Below are positions 18,695 through 27,496 of a stretch of 64,000 bases of DNA, piece after piece. The notes under the pieces were generated by a model. It ran no database searches. It was not told the DNA's origin and was given only the letters and a program-made list of their open reading frames with translations. Both the position numbers and the translations under genes were made by a program. The stretch's first letter is position 1. Each line of letters begins with the position of its first letter. Source of the stretch: an uncultured bacterium (GTDB taxonomy: Bacteria > Hinthialibacterota > Hinthialibacteria > OLB16); assembly GCA_964481775.1 (NCBI GenBank), contig CAYZUX010000002.1, positions 20,221-84,220 on the forward strand, read 5' to 3'.

Positions 18695-21685
18695 TCAATA
18701 ACTCAAAGCGGCTTGAGGAATTATTTCCCGGGTTTTGCCAGGAACCTGCCAGTAGAGTCTGAGCGCCTCACCCCCTCCAATCGTGTCGGAGTAGAGGATA
18801 CGAATGGGATGCTTCCCTTGAGTCATCTGGAGAGGTGCCTGGAGGTAACGGTTTCTCTGCTCTTTGCCACCGGCTGTTTCGACCACTTTCTGTCCATCGA
18901 TTTCCACCAGGGCATAGTCCCAGGCCTCGGTGCCAATCTGGTAACTGCCCTCCACCGGACAATCCAGAAAACCTTTCCACTCCATGCTGAGTGGGAATTT
19001 GTAGGGGGGATTCCAGCGGTAATTAATGAAAGGATCCACCCAGACAAATTCCGGTTTTCCCTCCCACTTACGTCCACCATGCCAGTAGGTCATGCGCAAT
19101 CCCCGCGGTAACATGCCCCGGTCATGGAATTGTTCGCCCCCCAATTCCTGCCAATCCCCGCCTCCAAGTGGAATGTACATCACCCGGGTCAGAGCCGTAT
19201 AGGTCTGAGATGCGAAGGTAAACTCGATTTGATGGGCTCCAGCCAGAAGATCCCTGGCGACTTCAGCGGTTCCTGCTCCAGGACTTGCATCCAAAATCTT
19301 TTCAGCGTCGATCCACAGAGTGAATCGATCGGGTGTCTCGATCCGGAAACGATAACCACCTTGCCTTCCCTCGGGGATGACCCACATCGCCTTGCCCTTG
19401 ATCTGGAAAGGTGCAGGTAAAACCAGTTCCGCCGGGTTAAAAGTGAGGACGGGTTGTGTCACCGAGGCCTTGAATGGAACCCCCTTATCCGAGCCTGAAA
19501 GATCAAGGGAAAAGCCACGATGCTTGAGCTTGATTTCAGAGGGAACGCGGTACCACCGGAAGATAGTCCCTCCCCATGGGTCCTTGGCATCCGTGCCAGT
19601 CACCTCCGGACCATACAGCCACTCGATCCATGCCATCTTGTCGGGACGATTCTGGGGTTCCATCACAATGTAAAGGGCATCTTCATCAGGGGCCCCATGC
19701 GCGGGGAGTTCCTGTTGCACGAACAGATGGTTCCGCCAGACCCCCTCCTTGTTGAGCAGCTTGAGCGAGTTATGACCATTCGCATCACTGACCGCATAGA
19801 ACTTGCCCTGCTGAGTGTTGACGAATTTAGCCATATCCACGAACTTGGCATCAAAATGAACATAGGGATCCCTTTTGGGGAGTTGGTCACGGAAATAGAG
19901 ATGGTACTCCCCCCACCAGAAGAACCCGATGATCACCATGGCGCTCACCCACCCCATCCAACGGAGAGGCTCGGTAAGCCACCTCCGGCCAGGAAGACAG
20001 TCATCGGCAAGTGTGAGGCAGGCGATCCCCACCATACGCAATGCCACTGCTGACCAGATACAAATGACGGGGATAACACAGATCGCGCGGAGTGTATTGG
20101 GCGCCTCGATGGAGAGGACCATTGGCAGAAGCATGGCGGTGAACCATCCCAGTGAAAACAGACCGAGACGGCTCCGCCAACGGACCAGGGCCCACATCAT
20201 CCCCAATGGGAACAGAATCCCGGGAATGGGATGGACCATCGGGGCAAGCGAGTGATTATGACGTGGATTCACATCTCCACGAATGTGGAACATCCGGAAG
20301 GTCAGTGTGAGGTTGTCTTTGATCCTCTGCCAGTTGGCACGCCAAGGTTCATCCAGATTCACAATACTGACCATATTGAGCCGTTCCGCGAACACCTCGG
20401 GATGATCTCTTCGGAAATCAATCATCTCCTTGGCGCAGAAAAATGCCGCGGCACCAAAGAGGAGGAAACCCACCAGGTTCCAACGCCACAACTGGCGTTG
20501 CATGAACCAGCGGAGTCCGACAAAGCACGCCAGAACACCAGGGAAAAGGTACAGCGGTTTGTATGAGTAAATACTCAATCCAAAGCAATAACCCCCAACC
20601 AGCCAGATGGGGGCGGTTTTGAGGACATGCCAGATCCATTGTTTCCAGGTGGCACGGAAACTCACGCTTCCACTTCCCTCCGGCGGGGGAACGGGAAATT
20701 CATCTTTTGACTTGAAAGCGAGGAAAAAGAACAAGGCGGTGGCGGTAATGATGAGTGGTGCTTCAATGGCGTCATAAGCCACGCGCGAAAAGTTGACATG
20801 CCAACGGAAAGCCGCCAGGAAGGCCGCACCCAGAAGTGCCGTGGGAGCATCACACAGCCAGCGCAACAACAGGTACAACACGAGTACACCCAGAACTCCG
20901 GCGATCATGGTCGGAAGGCGGATGCTGAATATCGAAGTGCCCAGCCATTTCATCGATAAGGCGATCTGATACATGTGGGCGGTGGCCTTACCGAAACCCT
21001 GGGGGGTGAATACAGGAACCTCGATGGATTCAAGTTGACGATTGAGGGAATCACGTTCCCCTTTGTAACGGTTGACTTCTCCCTGGAGCCTTTGCTTTTC
21101 AGCCCCATCGGTGGCTTTTTCCTCTTCGCTGGTCTTTTCCTTCAGGTTCCGGTTTGCTTCAGAAAGTTTCTGGCGCAGTTCCTTGATGTGTGCCTGATTC
21201 TCCGGTTTCCATTCCTGGAGGAAATCCCGCCCGATCATCGCGTTGGTACTTTCGTCGTAATGCAAACCATACGGAAACTCATTCCCTCTATGGAAACGCA
21301 TTACGATCGCCATCAGGAGGATCAATCCCAACAAGACCAGTTCAGTTTGCCAGGGGAGGGATGCCTTACGACGGCTTGGCAGGTCAGGTACCAGAAGAAG
21401 ACCCAGAGCGAAGAGACCCATGGCGCCCAGAAGCAGGTAATAGGGGCGTGCAGATCTCTGATAATCCACCCAGGGAAAATGATCCGGGTACTGAGGATTC
21501 ACAAGCGGTTTGAGAGTAATCCCCTTGTAGGCAACGAAATCGGGGGAACACATTCCAATCAGATCACAAAGATACAGGACGCTGTAACCAGCCAGGATCA
21601 TTCCCGCGAGAAGCAGAACAATGGCGGGAAAGAGACGGAGGCCCCTGGGAAAGAAAGAAGGAGTGGCTGGAAGGGTGGGTTCCAT
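18695..21685 (-). CDS. Polytopic GT-C-fold glycosyltransferase (PMT/ArnT-like) with coiled-coil insert and two C-terminal PA14 domains
   Basis: About 12-14 N-terminal TM helices. First-loop HYDESTNAMIGRD (GT-C DE motif). PA14 signatures GGYRFRIETPDRFTLWIDAEKILD...AGAHQIEFTF and GSYQIGTEAWDYALVEIDGQKVVET...HPIRILYSDTIGGGEALRLYW. Confidence 0.55.
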   Translation of the reverse strand: MEPTLPATPSFFPRGLRLFPAIVLLLAGMILAGYSVLYLCDLIGMCSPDFVAYKGITLKPLVNPQYPDHFPWVDYQRSARPYYLLLGAMGLFALGLLLVPDLPSRRKASLPWQTELVLLGLILLMAIVMRFHRGNEFPYGLHYDESTNAMIGRDFLQEWKPENQAHIKELRQKLSEANRNLKEKTSEEEKATDGAEKQRLQGEVNRYKGERDSLNRQLESIEVPVFTPQGFGKATAHMYQIALSMKWLGTSIFSIRLPTMIAGVLGVLVLYLLLRWLCDAPTALLGAAFLAAFRWHVNFSRVAYDAIEAPLIITATALFFFLAFKSKDEFPVPPPEGSGSVSFRATWKQWIWHVLKTAPIWLVGGYCFGLSIYSYKPLYLFPGVLACFVGLRWFMQRQLWRWNLVGFLLFGAAAFFCAKEMIDFRRDHPEVFAERLNMVSIVNLDEPWRANWQRIKDNLTLTFRMFHIRGDVNPRHNHSLAPMVHPIPGILFPLGMMWALVRWRSRLGLFSLGWFTAMLLPMVLSIEAPNTLRAICVIPVICIWSAVALRMVGIACLTLADDCLPGRRWLTEPLRWMGWVSAMVIIGFFWWGEYHLYFRDQLPKRDPYVHFDAKFVDMAKFVNTQQGKFYAVSDANGHNSLKLLNKEGVWRNHLFVQQELPAHGAPDEDALYIVMEPQNRPDKMAWIEWLYGPEVTGTDAKDPWGGTIFRWYRVPSEIKLKHRGFSLDLSGSDKGVPFKASVTQPVLTFNPAELVLPAPFQIKGKAMWVIPEGRQGGYRFRIETPDRFTLWIDAEKILDASPGAGTAEVARDLLAGAHQIEFTFASQTYTALTRVMYIPLGGGDWQELGGEQFHDRGMLPRGLRMTYWHGGRKWEGKPEFVWVDPFINYRWNPPYKFPLSMEWKGFLDCPVEGSYQIGTEAWDYALVEIDGQKVVETAGGKEQRNRYLQAPLQMTQGKHPIRILYSDTIGGGEALRLYWQVPGKTREIIPQAALSY

Positions 21686-21839
21686 GACAAGGGTTGATTA
21701 TTAAAGATAGTAAGGTGGATGAACAAGGGCAGGGCTTCGAATCTTTTTTGAGTCATCGAGCCGGGGGGTTGCCACACGGCTTACTCCCGGACTGAGGGGA
21801 AGCAGGGTAATCTGGAGATGATGATAAAAAGCGAGGAGC

Positions 21840-22877
21840 CTACACTCCGCACCTTGCCCCACGGAACTGCTGGAGCACGCGCAGGTCGTTTTCATACAAC
21901 ATGCGGATGTCGGGGATGCCATACTTGATCATCGCCAAGCGTTCGACCCCCATGCCAAAGGCGAAACCGCTCCACTCCTCAGGATCAATCTGGCAGGCCA
22001 GGAGCACATTGGGATGCACCAATCCCGCACCGCCCATTTCGAGCCAGCGCCCCTTGCCCAGAGTGGTCTCAAACCACATATCCACCTCCGCACTCGGTTC
22101 GGTGAAAGGGAAGAAGCTCGGACGGAAACGCAGGGAGGCCTCGGGACCGAAGAGCCCTTTCATCAGGGTCTCCAGAGTCCATTTCAGATGCCCCATGGAG
22201 ATTCCCTTCCCTACCAGAAGACCTTCAATCTGGTGGAACATCGGCAGGTGGGTTGGGTCGCTGTCTCGCCGGTAGACTCTTCCAGGCACTAAAACCTTAA
22301 GGGGCGGTTTGTGGTTCTCCATGAAGTGAATCTGCCCGTTGGATGTGTGCGAACGCAGGAGCAAGCCTCCCTCCAAAAAGAAGGTGTCCTGCATATCACG
22401 GGCGGGGTGGTCCGGGGGGAAATTCAAAGCCTCGAAGTTGTAGTAATCGCTCTCGATCTCACGGTCATCATGGATGTCATAGCCCATCCGCATGAAGATC
22501 GAAGTGACTTCATCGATGATCAGACTGACAGGGTGGCAAGAACCAACCTCCGCGCCACGTCCAGGCAGGGTGATATCGAGCCGCTCTTCCTCCAGGCGTC
22601 TGGCCAGAGCCAGCTCCTCCAGGCGCAGGCTGGCCTGCTCCAACGCTGCCTCAACCTCATCATGAAGGCGATTGACCTCGGCGCCGGCTTGCGGACGCTG
22701 TTCGGGCGGGAGTGCTCCAAGGCTTTTCAGGAGCCCCTTGATGGATCCTTTTTTTCCAAGAAACTGGACACGGACTTCTTCCAGGGCACGTAAATCGTTG
22801 ACCTCCGCCAACGCTTTGAGAGCATTTGCACGGATGCTGCTTAGCTTTTCCGGGAGGTTTGTATCCACGACCGTCAT
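21840..22877 (-). CDS. pheS: Phenylalanine--tRNA ligase alpha subunit
   Basis: Class II aaRS motifs including FRPSFFPFTEPSAEVD and GAGLVHPNVL. Confidence 0.95.
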   Translation of the reverse strand: MTVVDTNLPEKLSSIRANALKALAEVNDLRALEEVRVQFLGKKGSIKGLLKSLGALPPEQRPQAGAEVNRLHDEVEAALEQASLRLEELALARRLEEERLDITLPGRGAEVGSCHPVSLIIDEVTSIFMRMGYDIHDDREIESDYYNFEALNFPPDHPARDMQDTFFLEGGLLLRSHTSNGQIHFMENHKPPLKVLVPGRVYRRDSDPTHLPMFHQIEGLLVGKGISMGHLKWTLETLMKGLFGPEASLRFRPSFFPFTEPSAEVDMWFETTLGKGRWLEMGGAGLVHPNVLLACQIDPEEWSGFAFGMGVERLAMIKYGIPDIRMLYENDLRVLQQFRGARCGV

Positions 22878-22897
22878 GGAAGCTCCGGAGACCGGGA

Positions 22898-23263
22898 TCA
22901 GTGCGCGGCAGAAAGGGCGCTCTTGGCCTGTTCGGCGATAGCGCCGAAGGCGGCCGCATCATCGATCGCCAGTCCCGCCAGGGTCTTCCGGTCGATCTCC
23001 ACCCCGGCTTTGTTCAGACCATCGATCAGCTGGCTGTAATTGAGGCCATGCTGACGAGCCGCGGCACCGATCCGGACAATCCACAGGGCACGGAACTCGC
23101 GTTTGCGCCTCCGGCGGTCACGGTAGGAGTACGCCAAAGCTTTCCAGACACCGGCATGGGCGGAGCGGTAGAGCTTCCCGCGGCCAGCGAAAAAGCCTTT
23201 GGCCATCTTCATCACTTTTTTCCGGCGCCGCCTGGAAGCCGGATTATTGGTTGCGCGTGGCAT
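22898..23263 (-). CDS. rplT: 50S ribosomal protein L20
   Basis: [41 protein letters not shown] matches the L20 consensus. Confidence 0.95.
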   Translation of the reverse strand: MPRATNNPASRRRRKKVMKMAKGFFAGRGKLYRSAHAGVWKALAYSYRDRRRRKREFRALWIVRIGAAARQHGLNYSQLIDGLNKAGVEIDRKTLAGLAIDDAAAFGAIAEQAKSALSAAH

Positions 23264-23396
23264 TTCCTGTTTTCTCCTTAGTCAACCTTGTCGGGTGGGA
23301 TTTACCCTTTGTCCCTGGTCATTTTTGTAGGGTGGGGCTTGCCCCACCTGGTGCAGCAACGGGGGAAATCGTCGGCGGGTCGAGCCCCGCCCTGCC

Positions 23397-23591
23397 TCAC
23401 AATCCAAGCATCCTCCGGACACGACCCGCATCGGTGGACGCAACCGTGGTGGCTTTGCGCAACCCTCTTTTGCGTTTCGTGTTCTTGCTGGTCAGGAGGT
23501 GGCTGTGATAAGCCTTATTCCTCTTGATCTTCCCCTTCTTCGTCAAAGAGAAGCGTTTCGCCGCGCTTCTCAGTGTCTTCACCTTCGGCAT
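23397..23591 (-). CDS. rpmI: 50S ribosomal protein L35
   Basis: MPKVKTLRSAAKRFSLTKKGKIKRNKAYHSHLLTSK. The true start is MPKVKT, 5 codons inside the track ORF. Confidence 0.9.
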   Translation of the reverse strand: MPKVKTLRSAAKRFSLTKKGKIKRNKAYHSHLLTSKNTKRKRGLRKATTVASTDAGRVRRMLGL

Positions 23592-24234
23592 GTTTCTCTC
23601 CTTCATTAACGGGAGTGGCTCCCGCCTTGGCTTCTTTCTCTTCCTGCTTCCTCAGGCGTTCCAGGCGTGCTTTTTCCGCCTTGACTCCCGCCGCATCCGG
23701 CCCCAGGACCATGATCATGTTCCGTCCCTCGGACTGAGGGCGAGATTCCACGATGGCGATGGTCTTCAGATCATCGATGACACGTTGGAGAAGCTTCATC
23801 CCGAATTCCAGGTGATTCCGCTCCCTGCCCCGGAACATCAACACAAATTTGACTTTGTCGTTTTGCAGGAGGAACTTCCGGGCACCACGAATCTTGACTT
23901 CATAGTCATTCTCGCTGATACGCGGGCGGAGTTTGACCTCCTTGACATCAATGGTGTGTTGTTTCCGCCGTGCATCCTTTTGCTTTTTTGCCTGCTCATA
24001 CTTGTAGTTGCCGTAATCCATGATCCGGCAAACATAAGGACGAGCCGCCGATGAGACCTCGACCAGGTCAAGCGCCGCCGCTTCCGCCCGTTTTAGGGCC
24101 TCCTGGATAGGGACGATACCGACATGTTGCCCGCTCTCATCGATCAGGCGGACTTCACTCTCGCGGATATCGTGATTGATACGGTCTTTCGGCTTGGGGA
24201 TCTTGCCGGGGATAAAACGCGGACGCCGTAGGAT
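23515..24234 (-). CDS. infC: Translation initiation factor IF-3, inferred non-AUG (AUC) start and ~60-aa charged C-terminal extension
   Basis: The IF3 N-domain (PKDRINHDIRESEVRLIDESGQHVGIVPIQEALKRAEAAALDLVEVSSAARPYVCRIMDYG) lies upstream of the first ATG. The frame opens directly after the thrS TAG. The only start-like codon after GGAGG is ATC at 24232-24234. C-terminal domain: FRGRERNHLEFGMKLLQRVIDDL...RNMIMVLGP. Confidence 0.8.
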   Translation of the reverse strand: MLRRPRFIPGKIPKPKDRINHDIRESEVRLIDESGQHVGIVPIQEALKRAEAAALDLVEVSSAARPYVCRIMDYGNYKYEQAKKQKDARRKQHTIDVKEVKLRPRISENDYEVKIRGARKFLLQNDKVKFVLMFRGRERNHLEFGMKLLQRVIDDLKTIAIVESRPQSEGRNMIMVLGPDAAGVKAEKARLERLRKQEEKEAKAGATPVNEGEKHAEGEDTEKRGETLLFDEEGEDQEE

Positions 24235-24249
24235 TGCAGAATTCCTCCT

Positions 24250-26241
24250 CTAAACAGTCTGAACCGATGGTCTGGCCAGCTCCCGCTTCAGTCGCGAGAG
24301 CGCATCTTCCAAGGGCAGGCTTCCCTGGTCCCCTTGGGTACGCACCCTGATCGAAACACTCCCCTGCTCGGATTCACGTTTTCCGATCACGAGCATAAAG
24401 GGGACTTTTTCAGTTTCAGCGGAACGGATCTTGTAGCCGATCTTCTCCGCACGTTTGTCAAGTTCAGTACGAATACCCACTTGGCGGCAGTGAGCATACA
24501 CTTTTTCCGCGTAAGGCAAAACCTCATCCACCACCGGAAGGACCCGAACCTGCACCGGGGCCAGCCAGGAAGGGAAAGCGCCCGCGAAATGCTCGATCAG
24601 GATCCCCACGAAACGCTCGAAGGAACCGAAAGGCGCACGGTGAATCATAATCGGCCGATGGGGATTTCCATCGGCACCAGTATACTTGAGGTCAAATCGT
24701 TCGGGCAACACATAGTCCACTTGAACTGTACCCAGTTGCCACTCACGGTTCAGGCAGTCGCGTACCACGAAATCGATTTTGGGGCCATAAAAAGCGGCTT
24801 CTCCCAGCTCCTCACTGAAATCGAGGGTCATCCCTTTCAGCACATTGCGGATATTGGACTCGGCCTGGTCCCACAAGTTTGGACTGCCGCCATATTTATC
24901 GCTGCCGGGATCCCGTTTCCCAAAGCGGATCCTGTAATCTTTAAAGTCAAGGCTCTTAAGAACAAAGAGAACCAGGTCAACAGTCTGGGCCAGTTCCTCC
25001 TCGAGTTGCTCAGGAGTGACAAAGAGATGCGCATCATCCTGGGTGAACCCACGTACGCGGGTCATCCCGGAAAGCTCCCCCGACTGCTCATACCGGTAAA
25101 CTGTTCCAAACTCGGCTAACCGGTAAGGCAGGTCCCGGTAGCTTTTGGGTGTGGCCTCGTAAATCTTGATGTGGTGCGGGCAATTCATCGGCTTGAGGAG
25201 GTAACCCTCCTCAGAGGTATCCTCCTCTGAGCCATGTTCATTCATATGGATCGGTGGGAATTGGGAGTCCTTGTAGTAGGGGAAATGACCACTGGTCCGG
25301 TAAAGGTCGAGCTTCCCGATATGAGGCGTGTACACAGTCTGATAACCATACTCAACCAGTTTTCCACGCAGGAAGGATTCGAGTTCATAGCGGACCGCAG
25401 CCCCCTTGGGGAGCCAGAGAACCAAACCGCCACCAACCTCGCTGGAAATCGTAAAGAGATCAAGTTCCTGACCGAGCTTGCGGTGATCACGCTTCTTGGC
25501 TTCTTCGATCTGTTCGAGATAGGTGTCCAATTCCTTCTGGCTTGGAAATGCGGTCAGGTAGACACGTTGGAGCTGTGGCTGGCTTTCATCCCCATGCCAA
25601 TAAGCACCGGCGGTCATGAGCAGTTTGAAGGCTTTGATTCTTCCGGTACTGGGAACATGCGCTCCGAGACAGAGATCCACCCAATCTCCCTGGCGGTAAC
25701 AGGAGATGGTTTCGCCACGCCGGTCGAGTTCCTCAATCATTTCTTCCTTGAATGGGTTACGTGTCTGTCCCAGGAGTGAGAGACTCTCCCGGGCACCCGA
25801 TTCAACCCTCTCAAGGGGAACATCCGCCGCACAGATCGTGGCCATCCGTTCCTCAATCTTCTTCAGGTCTTCAGAAGTAAAGGGACGATCCACCCGGAAA
25901 TCATAGAAATAACGTTCATCTGCCCAGTCTCCAGCCGCTGGTTGAGCACCGGGGAACAATTCCATCACCGCCTGAGCCATCACATGACCACAGCTGTGTC
26001 TGTAAACCGCACGACCTTCCGGATCTTTGAATGTAAGAATCCTGAGTGAGCCTGAATTCCGAATGGGAGCCGACAGATCCAGAACCCGGCCATTAACGGA
26101 AACAGCCAGTGCATCCGCCGCAAGACGTTTGCCGATGGATTGCGCCAGTTCCAGGCCTGTGATGCCCGGGGGGACCTTCCTCTCACTCCCATCCGGCAGG
26201 GTCAGATGGATATATTCATTTCCAGTATTGTCGGTTGACAT
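24250..26241 (-). CDS. thrS: Threonine--tRNA ligase
   Basis: TGS N-domain and class II core (HRDLPYRLAEFGTVYRYEQSGELSGMTRVRGFTQDDAHLF). Its stop TAG is followed 15 nt later by infC. Confidence 0.95.
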   Translation of the reverse strand: MSTDNTGNEYIHLTLPDGSERKVPPGITGLELAQSIGKRLAADALAVSVNGRVLDLSAPIRNSGSLRILTFKDPEGRAVYRHSCGHVMAQAVMELFPGAQPAAGDWADERYFYDFRVDRPFTSEDLKKIEERMATICAADVPLERVESGARESLSLLGQTRNPFKEEMIEELDRRGETISCYRQGDWVDLCLGAHVPSTGRIKAFKLLMTAGAYWHGDESQPQLQRVYLTAFPSQKELDTYLEQIEEAKKRDHRKLGQELDLFTISSEVGGGLVLWLPKGAAVRYELESFLRGKLVEYGYQTVYTPHIGKLDLYRTSGHFPYYKDSQFPPIHMNEHGSEEDTSEEGYLLKPMNCPHHIKIYEATPKSYRDLPYRLAEFGTVYRYEQSGELSGMTRVRGFTQDDAHLFVTPEQLEEELAQTVDLVLFVLKSLDFKDYRIRFGKRDPGSDKYGGSPNLWDQAESNIRNVLKGMTLDFSEELGEAAFYGPKIDFVVRDCLNREWQLGTVQVDYVLPERFDLKYTGADGNPHRPIMIHRAPFGSFERFVGILIEHFAGAFPSWLAPVQVRVLPVVDEVLPYAEKVYAHCRQVGIRTELDKRAEKIGYKIRSAETEKVPFMLVIGKRESEQGSVSIRVRTQGDQGSLPLEDALSRLKRELARPSVQTV

Positions 26242-26365
26242 TCTCGTTCTTCTCTCAGAAGTACCAGCACAGGACTGTCCTATCGCCAGAAAACCTCCTA
26301 AATAACAAACAGCCCGTTCCCCGGACTCAGGCGCCGGGTACGGGCCTCTTGTGTTACGGGGTTAA

Positions 26366-26442
26366 TGGTGGGCGCTACTGGACTTGAACCAGTGACCCCT
26401 TCCATGTCAAGGAAGTACTCTAGCCAGCTGAGCTAAGCGCCC
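26366..26442 (-). tRNA. tRNA-Val (anticodon GAC), 77 nt with encoded CCA
   Basis: RC reads GGGCGCTTAGCTCAGCTGGCTAGAGTACTTCCTTGACATGGAAGGGGTCACTGGTTCAAGTCCAGTAGCGCCCACCA. Acceptor 7 bp GGGCGCT/AGCGCCC; anticodon stem CTTCC/GGAAG with loop TTGACAT; T-arm ACTGG/TTCAAGT/CCAGT. Confidence 0.85.
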
Positions 26443-26471
26443 TTTACTATAAGATTATCACGTGGCGGAGA

Positions 26472-27440
26472 ATGTATAAACCCTCTGGAAAGTTGTCAAC
26501 AGCCATGGAACCTCCTTTTCGCGACGATCGACTCAAAAAGGTTCATACCACGCAACAACCTGAATTCGGCCGACTCCTCTTTACCACCCGGCGCAGGCTT
26601 GAATCTCCCCTTTCCACAAGGGAGGGATTGGCCGAAAGATTGGGAATTTCCAGCAGGTTGTTAACACAGATTGAAAAAGGTGAAAAAAGCCCTCCTGAAA
26701 AGGTTGTTGAGTGGCTGGAAACAATCCTTCAATCGCCTTTACCCCCTCAAAGGGGATCAAGAGAAGGGATCCTTTCAGACATTCTCAAAGGCTTCCAATT
26801 TCCAGAATCAGCGGAGATTCTTGATATTCCATGCGGACCCGGAAGACTTACCTGGGAACTGCGGAAACTGGGTTATCGTGTGACTGCCGCCGATCTCGTC
26901 CCCGAATGTTTCGAGGCAGGGGAGCCACCAGCTGTCCATGCGGACATGAATCACCCGCTTCCCTTCCCGGATGAATCATTCGATCTGATCCTTTCCGCCG
27001 AGGGAGTTGAACACCTCGAAAATCCCTGGCTGGCTTTCAGGGAGTTTTCAAGGATCCTCAAGACCTCAGGAACTTTGGTCATCACCACACCCAATTATTC
27101 CAACATCGAACGGCGGGTTGCATACCTTCTAAAAGGTTCTGCAGCTCGCCCCTCAGAAAGGATGGATTCATCTGGTCAGGAGTCACCCCATCTCTCGACC
27201 TTCCCGACCTGTTTCTGGAAAATGGCGGGGGAGCGAGCGGGGCTACAATTAATCTCATTGGACTCGTTCTCACCTCGCCCAAAACAATGGTTTTATTGGC
27301 CTTTAGCCTGCTTGGTCCATCTCCTCAGCCGCTTGGCTACCAGGAAAAGCCGTGAAAGATACTCGATGGATTGGACTCAAGGAATGAATGCTCTCCTGGG
27401 CGGCAGATCGCTTGTTATGGTCTTCAAAAAAGCGCCCTGA
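26472..27440 (+). CDS. HTH (XRE-like) domain fused to class I SAM-dependent methyltransferase
   Basis: LSTREGLAERLGISSRLLTQIEKGEKSP is a helix-turn-helix. Methyltransferase motif I ILDIPCGPGRLTWEL and post-I VTAADL. Confidence 0.6.
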   Translation: MYKPSGKLSTAMEPPFRDDRLKKVHTTQQPEFGRLLFTTRRRLESPLSTREGLAERLGISSRLLTQIEKGEKSPPEKVVEWLETILQSPLPPQRGSREGILSDILKGFQFPESAEILDIPCGPGRLTWELRKLGYRVTAADLVPECFEAGEPPAVHADMNHPLPFPDESFDLILSAEGVEHLENPWLAFREFSRILKTSGTLVITTPNYSNIERRVAYLLKGSAARPSERMDSSGQESPHLSTFPTCFWKMAGERAGLQLISLDSFSPRPKQWFYWPLACLVHLLSRLATRKSRERYSMDWTQGMNALLGGRSLVMVFKKAP

Positions 27441-27496
27441 AATGGGGTGGAGTGCTTCGCTGTTCTCCACCCCAATACTCAATCTGATCGTGCCAT

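Noticed and set aside
23264-23396. Possibility of an additional small gene between rplT and rpmI
   Set aside because: The 133-nt spacer has no ORF. It is better explained by regulatory hairpins.
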